From contig NC_057751.1 of NCBI RefSeq assembly GCF_004010195.1, forward strand, positions 9,555,611-9,615,610: a DNA stretch of 60,000 nt, read 5' to 3'. How positions within the stretch are numbered: the first letter of the stretch is position 1; each line of letters starts with the position of its first letter. Of this stretch, positions 25,045-36,100 are shown one piece after another. The position numbers were made by a program, and so were the translations under genes. The DNA comes from Chiloscyllium plagiosum (Eukaryota). The notes beneath the pieces were generated by a model that ran no database searches, was not told the origin of the DNA, and worked only from the letters and a program-made list of their open reading frames with translations.

Positions 25045-26112
25045 GGGTAAGGTTTCTGAGCCTGGGGTTCGTCCACTCTGTCCGCTTTTTATTTTGTTTC
25101 TTTCTTTTTCTTCTCTTGTTTCTTTTTTTAAAATTTTTTTAAACTTACCCCTTGGTAAGAGCTTGGTCGTGGCAACGGCATCGGCAAGTGGGCCCAGCAG
25201 CATGGACTCAAGTAAGCCCAGCAACATGAATGCATGGCATTGGCGTCTGAGGCAAGTTTGGATTTCCTGCAGCTTCTGCATTGTCAAGTCAGCCTTAGTG
25301 CCGACTCATGTCTGCTGTGACAGAGGCGAGTTTGGGTTGCTGGCAACATTTGGATTCGGCGCAGATCTATGGAGGCAGTGGCAGAGGCAGGTTTGGGCCC
25401 AGTACAAGACCTGGCAGCGGTGGGGTGAAACCAAAGCGGACTCATGGCGACAGTGGAATCAAGTTTTGGGCGGCACGGTGGCACAGTGGTTAGCACTGCT
25501 GCCTCGCAGCGCCAGAGACCCGGGTTCAATTCCCGACTCAGGCGACTAACTGTGTGGAGTTTGCACGTTCTCCCCGTGTCTGCGTGGGTTTCCTCCGGGG
25601 GCTCCGGTTTCCTCCCACAGTCCAAAGATGTGCAAGTCAGGCGAATTGGCCATGATAAATTGCCCGTAGTGTTAGGTAAAGGGGTAAATATAGGGGTATG
25701 GGTGGGTCACGCTTCGGCGGGTCGGTGTGGACTTGTTGGGCCGAAGGACTTGTAAGTAATCTAATCTAAAAAAAAAAGTTTGGGCTGTTCTAGTACCCAT
25801 GGCAGCTGCATTGGTGAGGTATATTAAGGACACAGAGTGGTGACTGCATCGGTGGAGGCAAGATGGTGATTTTCACACCAGCAGCAGTGCAGTGAAGGGA
25901 TCTTTTGCCCTACTACCAGACCCATACTCTGTGATGGAGCACTTAATAAGAAGGTGAACACTTGTTCTTTATTTCTTCATTTTTCTGCCTCTGTATTTTA
26001 TATTTTGGTGTATTTTTCTGTGTTGTAAGATGGCGCTGAAGAGTGGAAACACCGTATAATACTTGTCACTGCATTTTGTAATAAAATACGTGACAATAAA
26101 TAAATCAAATCA
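25045..26112 (+). mobile_element. Non-coding retroposon with (AAATC)n tail, interrupted by a SINE
   Basis: Ends taagatggcgctg...cgtgacaataaataaatcaaatcaaat; similar architecture on the minus strand at 28768-29400. Confidence 0.5.
25468..25768 (+). mobile_element. Full-length HE1-type V-SINE
   Basis: A box TGGCACAGTGG, B box GGTTCAATTCC, V-domain, aatctaatct tail; imperfect TSD aagttt(t)ggg. Confidence 0.93.
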
Positions 26113-26349
26113 AATGTATTTCAGAGATCCCATTAATACTGAAGAATATGGGAGAGGAATTAAGTAGCATCACCACCACTAGCAAACATGGAATTAGACA
26201 GAAGAACAGTATTAAAGACCTGGTGGATAGCATGGCGGCTCAGTGATTAGTACTGCTGCCTCATTGTGCCGGGGGGTGGGTTCGATTCCAGCCTCAGGCG
26301 ACTGTCTATGTGGAGTTTGCATGTTCTCCAAGTATCTGTGTGGGTTTCC

Positions 26350-27924
26350 ACCCCTTCTACATTCAGGACACCACCCATGCCCTCCACCTCCTCCATGATT
26401 TTCGCTTCCCCGGCCCCCAATGCCTTATCTTCACAATAGACATCCAGTCCCTATACACTTCCATCCGCCATCACGAAGGCCTCCAAGCCCTCTTCTTCTT
26501 CCTCTCCTGCCGACTCAACCAGTAACCTTCCACTGACACCCTCCTTCGGCTCACTGAACTGGTCCTCACTCTTAACTTCTTAACTGTTCCAATTCTCCCA
26601 CTTCCCCCAAACCAAAGGAGTAGCCATGGGCTCCCGCATGGGCCCCAGCTTTGCCTGCCTCTTTGTCGGATATGTGGAACAGTCCATCTTCTGCAACTAC
26701 ACTAGCACCATCCCCCACCTTTTCCTCCGCTACATCGATGATTGTATTGGCGCTACCTCGTGCTCCCACGAGGAGGTTGAACAGTTCATCCACTTTACTA
26801 ACACCTTCCACCCCAACCTCAAATTTACCTGGACCGTCTCAGGCTCCTCCCTCCCCTTCCTAGACCTCTCCATTTCTATCTCAGGCGACCGACTCAACAC
26901 AGACATTGACTACAAACCGACCGACTCCCACAGCTACCTAGATTACCTCCTCCCACCCTGCCCCTTGTAAAAACGCCATCCCATATTCCCAATTCCTTCG
27001 CCTCCGCCACATCTGCTCCCAGGAGAACCAATTCCACTACCGAACAGCCCAAATGGCCTCCTTCTTCAAAGACCGCAATTTCCCCTCAGACGTGGTCGAC
27101 AATGCTCTCCACCGCATCTCCTCCACTTCACGCACCTCCGGCCTTGAACCCCGCCCATCCAATTGCCACCAGAACAGAACCCCACTGGTCCTCACCTTCC
27201 ACCCCATCAACCTCCAGATACATTGTATCATCCTCCATCATTTCTGCCACCTCCAAACAGACCCCACCACCAGGAATATATTTCCCTCCCCACCCCTATC
27301 AGCATTCTGGAGAGACCACGCCCTCTGCAACTCCCTCGTCAGGTCCACACCCCCCACCAACCCAACCTGCAACCGCAAGAAATGCAAAACTTGCGCCCAC
27401 ACCTCCCTCCAAGGCCCCAATGGATCCTTCCATATCCGTCGCAAATTCACCTACATCTCCACACACATAATTTATTGTATCTGCTGCACCCGATGTGGTC
27501 TCCTCTACATTGGGGAGACAAGCCGCCTACTTGCAGAACGTTTCAGGGAACACCTCTGGGACACCCGCACCAACCCAACCGCCCTGTTGCTGAACACTTT
27601 AATTCCCCCTCCCACTCGGCCAAGGACATGCCAGATTCAGCACCACCCTCTTGACCTGCAATCTTCTTCCCGACATCTCTGCCCACACCCCCTCTCCGGC
27701 CTATCGTCCTCACCTCCTTCCACCTATCGTATTCCCAGCGCCCCTCTCCCAAATTCCACCCCCCCACCTTTTATATTAGCCTGCTTGGCACACCAGCCTC
27801 ATTCCTGAAGAAGGGCTTATGCCCGAAACGTCGATTCTCCTGCTCCTCGGATGCTGCCTGGCCCGCTGCACTTTTCCAGCACCACACTTTTCAACTCTGG
27901 TCTCCAGCATCTGCACTCCTCACT
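26350..27924 (+). mobile_element. Penelope-like element family A, 5'-truncated: RT plus GIY-YIG endonuclease pseudogene and terminus
   Basis: FTIDIQSLYTSI, GVAMGSRMGPSFACLF, FLRYIDD, LPFLD, IYCICCTRCGLLYIGET..LAERFREH; several frameshifts and stops. Confidence 0.93.
27803..27834 (+). ncRNA. Minimal type-I hammerhead ribozyme motif (family A)
   Basis: UC-CUGAAGA-A-[GGGC UUAU GCCC]-GAAA-CGUC-GA: intact core, GUC cleavage triplet, ACGU palindrome; stem I very short. Confidence 0.7.
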
Positions 27925-28767
27925 TCCTCCCACAATCCAAAGATGTGCAGGTTCGATGGATTGGTCATGCTAAATTGCCCAAAGTGTTCAGGGATGTGAA
28001 GGCTGGATACATTTGTCAGGGGAAATGTAGAGTAGGGGAATGGGTCTGGATGGGATACTCTTCAGAGGGTTGGTGTGGACCTGTTGGACCAAACGACCAG
28101 TTTCCACACTATTCTATGATGATAGGTCGAAGAGTCCTGCTGGCTTGTCTGCATGGGTTGTAATTTTCCAAAAATCCTGAGATTCTGGAGAAGTACCACA
28201 GGATTAGAAAATTACAAATGTGATACCCCTATTCAAAAATGGAGGAACGCAAAAAGCTAGTAACTGTAGGCCAATTAGACAAACATCTATTGTTGCGCAA
28301 GTATTGGATGTAATAGCAGAACATTTGGAAAATATTAATCTAACAAGCAGAGTCAGCATGGCTTTATGAAAGGGAAACTGTGAGTGACTAATTTATGAGA
28401 GTTTTTCTTGGAAGTCTCAACTGGAGAGGACAAGGTCCCTCACAAAAGGTTGAGTCATTAAAGAAGTGGCCACGGTATTGGAGCTGTATATTGGCACTGA
28501 AAGAGAAGTGCCTCATGGGCAGGAAACATGGACTGGGGATAAAGGCTTCTTTATCTGATGGATGACCTATGATCAGTGGAGCTCCACAGGGATCACTGGT
28601 GGCACTGCAAATGTTTACAATATTTATGATTTGGAAGAAGTAAATGTACTGAAGCCAAATTTGCAGGTGACACAAAAATAGGTGTAAACGCAGTTTGAGA
28701 GAGGGATCTAAACAGTTTACGGAGAGATAGTGATAGGTTAAGGAAGCAAGCAAAAGATTGGCAACTG

Positions 28768-29400
28768 ACTTTGATGTTTATTGTGACGTGCACTCAAGTA
28801 CCAAAGTACAGCGGGACAGTAAAAAGTGTATAATGTCACCACACACAGCACCATCTTAGGTCCAAGTACCTCGGTACTGAATCTTAAGAACAAGGTTGAA
28901 AGAAAGAACAAAGTTAAAAGTTAAACATTGCAGGATTATTGTACACCTTCTTTGTTTTAAGTATAAAATAAAGAAATAAAGCTGAAATTTTCAAACCTTT
29001 CTGAAGTACTGAGCCATGTTGGGTCTGCACTTCAAGGAATGACGTCAAGACCTGGGCCAAGACACTGCCACATACCATTGAAATATCACCAAGCCAGGCA
29101 GAGAGTCCGCTATGCCAGACAGCCCCCACGCTAGACAGCCACCATGCCATGATGGGAGGTCACCCTACCAAGCCAGGAGGCTGCCACACCAAGCTGGGAG
29201 ACCACCACGCCAAGCCCAGAGGTTGCTTCGCTAGGTCTGCCCTGAGTCTGAGGCCGTGAGTCCATGGCCGGGAGAAGAAAGAAGGAAAAAAACGTACAAA
29301 AGAGAAGAGAAAAGGAGAGAGAAACAAAGAAAGGAAACAGACAGAATGGATGAGTCCTACTCCACTGCCATTCCAACCAATTGGAAGGAGCAACAGGAGT
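28768..29400 (-). mobile_element. Non-coding retroposon related to 25045-26112
   Basis: Minus strand taagatggtgctg...cacgtcacaataaacatcaaagtc; pyrimidine-rich head and GC-rich core. Confidence 0.5.
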
Positions 29401-29404
29401 CAAT

Positions 29405-30085
29405 GAGTAGAGAGATCTCGGTGTCCATGTACATAGATCCCTAAACGTTGCCACCTTGGTTGATAGGGTTGTTAAGAAAGCATACGTTATTAGCTTTTAT
29501 TGGTAGAGGAATTGGGTTTCGGAGCCACGAGGTCATGCTGCAGCTATACAAAACTCTGGTGCGGCTGCACATGGAGTAAAGGGCACAGTTCTGGTCACCC
29601 CACGATCAGAAGGATGTGGAAGCTTTGGAAAGGGTTCAGAGATTTACTAGGATGCTGCCTGGTTTGGAGGGAAATCTTAGAAGGAATGGCTAAAGGACTT
29701 GAGGCTGTTTTCATTAGAAGAAGGTTGAGAGGTGACTTAATTGAGACATGCAAAATAATCAGTGGTTTGAATAGGGTGGATGGTGATGACCTTTTCCTCG
29801 GATGGTGGTGACTAGCACGAGGGGACGTAGCTTTAAATTGACAAGTGATGGATATAGGACAGATGTCAGAGATAGTTTCTTTACTCAGAGAGTAGTAGGG
29901 GCGTGGGACACACTGTCTGCAACAGTAGTAGGCTCGCTAACTTTAGGGGCATTAAATGGTCATTGGATAAACATATGGATGAAAATGGAATAGTGTAGGA
30001 TAGATGGACTTCAGATTGGTTCCACAGTTCGGCGCAACATCAAGGGCTGAAGGGCCTGTATTGCACTGTAATGTTATATGTTCAA
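29405..30085 (+). mobile_element. CR1/HER1-like LINE 3' end
   Basis: RRRLRGDLIET, TRGRSFKL, FFTQRVVGAW remnants; tail gggctgaagggcctgtattgcactgtaatgttatatgttc. Confidence 0.85.
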
Positions 30086-31194
30086 CCCCAATGCTCTGTG
30101 ACACTGCACATTGCACCATTCACTGTGAATGATGGTAGTCCTTTTGGAGTATAATGTGGGAAAGACGAAAATGTTCATTTGTCAGGGACAACAAAAAACA
30201 TTAGTATTATTTAAATGGAGAAAAATTGCATAAAGCTGCAACACGAAGTGATTTGGGAGTACTTGTGCCTGAAACACTAAAGGAAACATTCAAAGGCAGC
30301 AGATAATCAGGATGATTAATGGAATGTTGACCCTTATTTCAAGAGATTTTTATTACTGCAATTGTACAAGATGTGGGTGAGACCACGACGGAGTACTGTG
30401 AGTAATGTTCATCCCCTAATTTAAGAAAAGATATTTCATGACAGGCTCACTTGAATGATCCCTGTTCTGGAGAGATTGTGTGATGAGCAAAGGTGAAACA
30501 AGCTGCGACTCTACTCACTTGAATTTAGAAGAATGAGAGGTTATCTCATTGAAACATATCGGATTCTTAAGGTGCTTGAGGAGAGAATTGTTGAGAGGAA
30601 GTTTCCCCTCATGGGACAGTTGAGGACCAGAGGACAGTGTCTCAGAATCAAAGGGTGTCAATTTAAGACTGCTTTGGCAAGAATTTCTTCTCTCAGAAGG
30701 TTGCAAATTTTCAGAATTCCTTGCCATCGAAAGCTACCCTTGTATTGACATCTTCTAATCAACCAGTTCAGAGATATTATGATATGTGTTCTGGACCTGG
30801 TAGGACATGAAGCTGGGTCACCTGGCTCAAAAGTGGGGACACCACCATTGTGCCACAAAAGTCTATATTTAACACTAAGATGAATTATTGATCAGTAGGG
30901 GTATCAGGGGTTATGGGGAAAGGGCAGGAAAGTGGAGTGTCAGATCAGTTATGATCCTGGTGATTGGTGCAGCAGACTTGAGGGATCAAAGGGTCTACTC
31001 CTGTTCCTTTTTTGAATGGTTTTATGGCTTTAAAAATGAAGACAAAGCTGTCAATGACTGCATCGAGCAGAATATTTCTTGCACATTCTGAATTTCATGG
31101 AGAAAAGAAGCAGAGATCGCTGGATAATATATCGAAAACAGAACCCAGGACGAAAACTGTGAAGTCAGGAGATCTGGAGAGATTATTATCCATC

Positions 31195-31605
31195 CATAAG
31201 ACACAGTCACTCTCTCACTCCCTCACACGCATTTACAGATACGTTCTATTTTGTTCAAAAACACACACAATCTCGAGCCAGTCAGTCCATGTGACATTTT
31301 ATAAATTCCTACTTTGGAAATAAAACTGGTCTGACTCAAGGTTGGAATACAGACAGATTCTAACCTCATACCTTTAATGCATTGTTTGAGCTGAGATGTC
31401 ACTTTTTAAATAAAATCTTAAGTTATTTCGAAAATGTGACTTGAAAGAACTTCTGGGACTTACATGTTAATGAATCGAAACCTGCAACTCAAACAAAGTG
31501 ATTAAAGATTTAACGGCAATCTCGGTTTTTTCAATACATCAGTTGGACCGAAGGGTAGGTGCACCTGTTCGACTACAACCTGGTGTGTGATTTTTAACTT
31601 TGTCC
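31195..31605 (+). mobile_element. Penelope-like family B 3' fragment
   Basis: Similar to 24480-24950, ending cctgttcgactacaacctggtgtgtgatttttaactttgtcc. Confidence 0.65.
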
Positions 31606-31759
31606 GTAAGACAGGGGATATTCGGGGCACAAGAGGGAATAGAGATGAAAGCGATGAGACCAGTATGACAATGCATTTTTTTTTTGCCTGCAGGCAAACA
31701 CCGTGAATAATTCTGGCAACTTAAAGTAACAGAAAACTCTGGCATCTGTTTTCATGACG

Positions 31760-32060
31760 TGAAGGTGTCGGTTTTGGACTGGGTTGGACAAAGTTAAAAA
31801 TCATACGACACCAGGTTATAGTCCAAAAGGTCTATTTGGAAGTCCAAGCTTTCGGAGCACTGCTCATTGGTCAGGTAGCTCGAGGAGTAGGATCGTAGGA
31901 CACAGAATTTGTCGCATTCATCTTGTGGACAAACTTAAAAATCTTTTGCTGTAAATTCTGTGTCCTTTGATCCTCCTCCACGAGCAAGCTGACGAAGGAG
32001 CAGAGCTTTCAAAGCATCTAATTTCAAATTGGACGGATCGCCCGGCAGGTTGGTGAGACC
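31760..32060. mobile_element. Family B fold-back element with two decayed hammerheads
   Basis: ~31810-31910 is complementary to ~31953-32050. Confidence 0.7.
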
Positions 32061-32700
32061 TAATGTCCGCACAACGCATCCCGTTCAACATCCCCCCCCA
32101 CCCCCACTCCCTTCCTGACTCCAGCTGGACAAGTTTCCCGCTGATGCGGGGACCAGCAGTGACGCTCGGTTTCTGCCCGTCGCGAAACGGCTCGGCGCAC
32201 GACCAAGAACAGCAAACCAATGTCACTGCCCGAAAAGCCCCACGGAAAGAGGGAAGGAAGGGGGGGCAAAATAAAAAGCTTGGTTCGTGTGTCTAAAATG
32301 GCGGGCGACAGCCACCGTGCCCCTTGGACTGGGCGGTGAGATTATCGCTGTTTACCGTGGCGAAAGAACGAGAAAATAAATACACAAATACAAATAAACA
32401 AGTGCTGGCCGGGCATACTGTCATCATCCATCGCCAGAGGGGAAAATAAACTCACGCAACGTGAAGGGTTGTCGGCAGGTTTCCCGTTCCCATGGAGACC
32501 GTTGGGCTTTGACCCGGAAGGGGAATCTGCCGCGGCCGGAGGTCAGGTTCCAGTGCCATCCGGTGGTGAAGGGGGAGTCGAGTGGCCATGGCGGATGTGA
32601 CTGCTCGTAGCCTGCAATATGAGTACAAAGCGGTGAGTGCCGCCCGTGTTGAGGATCGTTAGCGCTGGGATTTGGTCTCCTTGTCTGTGTCGACACAGTT
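32060..32700. promoter_or_regulatory. CpG-rich promoter and first-exon region of SNRNP200
   Basis: Local CpG enrichment in an otherwise CpG-poor window; YY1-type AAAATGGCGG (32295-32304), GC box GGGCGG (~32330), ETS-type CCGGAAG (32514-32520). Confidence 0.7.
32588..32632 (+). CDS. SNRNP200: U5 snRNP 200 kDa helicase (Brr2), coding exon 1 (MADVTARSLQYEYKA)
   Basis: Kozak gccATGG, conserved N-terminus, gtgagt donor. Confidence 0.96.
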
Positions 32701-33194
32701 TCGCTCTGCCTGAGCTGAATTGGGCGAGTTGCAATGCCAGTTATTGTGAACAGTGTCAGATTGAGGCCTGGCCTTCGCTGTGGTGAATGCGACCTGAGAG
32801 CTGCGCTGGCATCTCTGTCCCTTGCATTTTAAGAGAATTCAGAAAATTAAAGGGATGCCCAGGCAATCAAAGAACACGTCAACTAGATTCCTTGTCATTG
32901 TTCTGGAATTTTTTTTTGTTCTGTCACTTAAACGAGCACACAGTTTATGCCCCAGTACCACCTCACAACAAAAAAAAAGCAGTCTGCATGTGCAGTTTTT
33001 AAATCACATTCTCGACAAAAATGATGGCTTGTCTTTTTTCGAAATGCCAATTGACCCGAACTTTTCTTGAAGATCGTCTAAAATCATTAATGTACGAGAG
33101 GATGCGAGGAAATATCCTTAATTCCCAAATTCCCTCAAGGATTGGAAATTTTGTGTGGTTTATAAATTAGTGCAGTACTGACAGGTTTGTTTAA

Positions 33195-33404
<210 letters not shown>

Positions 33405-33719
33405 TAAGGGCTACATGTCTTGTCAATCATCACAGTTTATTTGGAGTTGCGAACAGTATTATACTAATAAGCCATCTTTATAAACCGAAAAGACTCATCC
33501 TGAATGATAAAATGTCTTTAGTTCACTGAAGGAAAATAGACGAGGGGGGTCATTCAGTTCAATGCACTTGATAATTTTATCCCCTGAAATTTTTAAATGC
33601 TTCACAATGTGCAAAGTTGGATTAAACAACAAATTGAGATTTGAGGTGACATTAAAGTAATCTTTGCACATTATTGTGCTTGCTGTTATTTGGTGTAAGC
33701 AGCATGATGAACAAATTTC

Positions 33720-33967
33720 ATAGAGTCATGGAGATGTACAACATGGAAACAAACCCTTCAGTCTAATTCATCCATGCCAACCAGGTTTCTTAAATTAATC
33801 TAGTCCCATTTGTAAGCACTCAACCCTTCTTATTCATATATCCATCCAGATGCAAAAGTTATAATTATTCCAGCCTCCCACACTTCCTCTGCCAGTTCAC
33901 TCCATACATGGACCATCCTCTGCATGAAGAAGTTCGCTCTCAAGTCCTTTTAAATGTTTCCCCTCTC
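33720..33967 (-). mobile_element. CR1 3' end (host copy; resumes at ~37320-37390)
   Basis: catagagtcatggagatgtacaacatggaaaca tail complement; continuation aaacctatgccc after the nested LINE. Confidence 0.7.
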
Positions 33968-35774
33968 ATAGAACATTACAGCGCAGTACAGGCCCTTTGG
34001 CCCTCGATGTTGCGTCGACCTGTGAAATTAATCTGATGCCCGTCAACCTACACTGTTTGATTATTATCCATATGTATGTCCAATACTAATTTAAATTCCT
34101 TTAATGTTGGCGAGTCTACTATTGTTGCAGGCAGGCTGTTGCCACGCCCCTACTACTCTCTGTGTAAAGAAACTACCCCAATATCTGTCCTAAATCTATC
34201 ACCCCTCAAATTAAAGCTATGTCCTCTCATGTTCGCCTTCACCAGCCAAAAGAAGGCTCTCACTGTCCAATCTAACCAACCCTCTGATTATTTTATACGT
34301 CTCGATTAAGTCACCTCTCAACCTTCTTCTCTCCAACAATAACGGTCTCAGTTCCCACAGCCTTTCCTCCAAGCAATGTCCTAGTAAATCTTCTCTGAAC
34401 TCTTTCCAAAGCTTCCATATCCTTCCTATAATGGGCGACCAGAACTATATTCCAGTTACGGCCTTACTAGTGTCTTGTCCAGCTGAAGCATAACCTCGTG
34501 GCTCTGAAACGCAATCCCCCTACCAATAAATGCCAACACACCGTATGCCTTCTTAACAACCCTATCAACTCGGGTGGCAACTTTCAGGGATTTATGCACC
34601 AGGACACCAAGATCTTGCTGTTCTTCTACACTGCCAAGAATTTTACCATTAGCCCAGTATTCTGCATGCCTGTTACCTCTTCCGAAGTGAACTACCTCAC
34701 ACTTTTCCGCATTAAATTCCATTTGCCACTTCTCAGCCCAGCTCTGCATCTTATCTATGTTCCTCTGTCACCCACAATATCCCTCAGCAGAATCCACAAC
34801 TCTGCCTACCTTAGTGTCATCCGCAAATTCACTAACCCGTCCTTCTGTGCCCATTATAAAAATGACAAACAGCAGTGGCCCCAAAACAGATCCTTGCAGC
34901 ACACCACTGGTAACTGAGCTCCAGGATGACCGTTTCCCATCAACCATCACCCTCTGTCTTCTTTCAACTAGCCAATTTCTGGCCCAAACCGCTAGATGAC
35001 CTTCAATCCCGAAATTGTGCAATAGCCTACCTTACTGAAATCCATATACACTATATCAACCGCTTTACGTTCATCCACCTGTTTGGTCTTTTCAAGGAAC
35101 TCAAAGTTAGTTAGGCACCACCTACCCTTCACAAAACTGTGTTGACTATCTCTAATCAAATTATTCCTTTCCAGATGATTATAAATCCTATCTCTTATAA
35201 CGTTTTCCAACACCTTACCCACAACTGAAGTAAGGCTCACTGGCCTATAATTACCAGGTTTGTCTCGACTCCCCTTCTTAAACAAGGGAACAACATTTGC
35301 GATCCTCCAGTTTTCTGGCAGTACTCCTGTTGACAATGATGACATAAAGATCAAAGGCAAAGTGCAGTCTCCTTCCTGGCTTCCCAGAGAATCCGAGGAT
35401 AAATCCCATCCAACCCAGGGGACTTGTATGTTTTCAGATCATCCGAAATTGCTAAAACCACCTCCTTGTCAACCACAATCCCATCTAATCTCGTGGCCTG
35501 TATCTCCATATTCTCACTAACATTGTCGTTTTCCAATGTGAATACTGATGAAAAATATTCATTAACCGCTTCCCCTATGTCCTCAAATTCCACACACGAC
35601 TTTCCACCTCAATGTTTGATTGGCCCTAATCTTACTCTCATCATTCTTTTATTCCTGATATACCTATAGAAGGTTCTTAGAGTTTTCCTTGATCCTATCT
35701 GCCAAAACCTTCTCATGTCCCCTCCTGCTTCTCCTTAGCCCTCTCTTTAGATCTTTTCTGGCGAGCTTATAACT

Positions 35775-36100
35775 GCTGTGGTTCTGTTCGCCGAGCTGGA
35801 AATTTTTGTTGCAAACGTTTCGTCCCCTGTCTAGGTGACATCATCAGTGCTTGGGAGCCTCCTGTGAAGCGCTTCTGTGGTGTTTCCTCCGGCATTTATA
35901 GTGGCCTGTCCCTGCCGCTTCTGGTTGTCAGTTTCAGCTGTCCGCTGTAGTGGCCGGTATATTGGGTCCAGGTCGATGTGTTTGTTGATGGAGTTTGTGG
36001 ATGCGTGCCATGCTTCTCGGAATTCCCTGGCTGTTCTTTGTTTGGCTTGCCCTATAACACAGCAACGAGCACCCGAGCTACAAATCTTCTCTCAAACTTT
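35775..36100 (-). mobile_element. Penelope-like family C short insertion, 12-bp TSD, nested in CR1
   Basis: gagcttataact at 35763-35774 and 36101-36112; near-identical to 23478-23951; short inverted tail at ~36057-36100. Confidence 0.9.
35811..35850 (-). ncRNA. Minimal type-I hammerhead ribozyme motif (family C), consensus core
   Basis: Minus strand GCA-CUGAUGA-U-[GUCACCU AGAC AGGGGAC]-GAAA-CGUU-UGC. Confidence 0.78.

Larger units (their letters stand above)
26225..28115 (+). mobile_element. HE1-type SINE split by a Penelope insertion (26225-26349 and ~27925-28115)
   Basis: SINE stops at tgtgtgggtttcc and resumes at ttcctcccacaatccaaagatgtgcag. Confidence 0.8.
22100..31015 (+). mobile_element. 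Old CR1 LINE broken into pieces (~22100-23475, 24030-24120, 26115-26220, 28120-28765, 30130-31015) by younger insertions
   Basis: Colinear remnants of ORF1, endonuclease, RT (cagcatggctttatgaaagggaaa; atcagtggagctccacagggatc; gccaaatttgcaggtgacacaaaaataggt) and 3' end. Confidence 0.65.

Noticed and set aside
24959..25549. 196-aa ORF with a hydrophobic stretch
   Set aside because: Runs through a T-rich repeat tract and into a SINE head; no splice or homology support
27053..27808. 251-aa ORF as an intact nuclease gene
   Set aside because: Part of a frameshifted, internally deleted Penelope ORF
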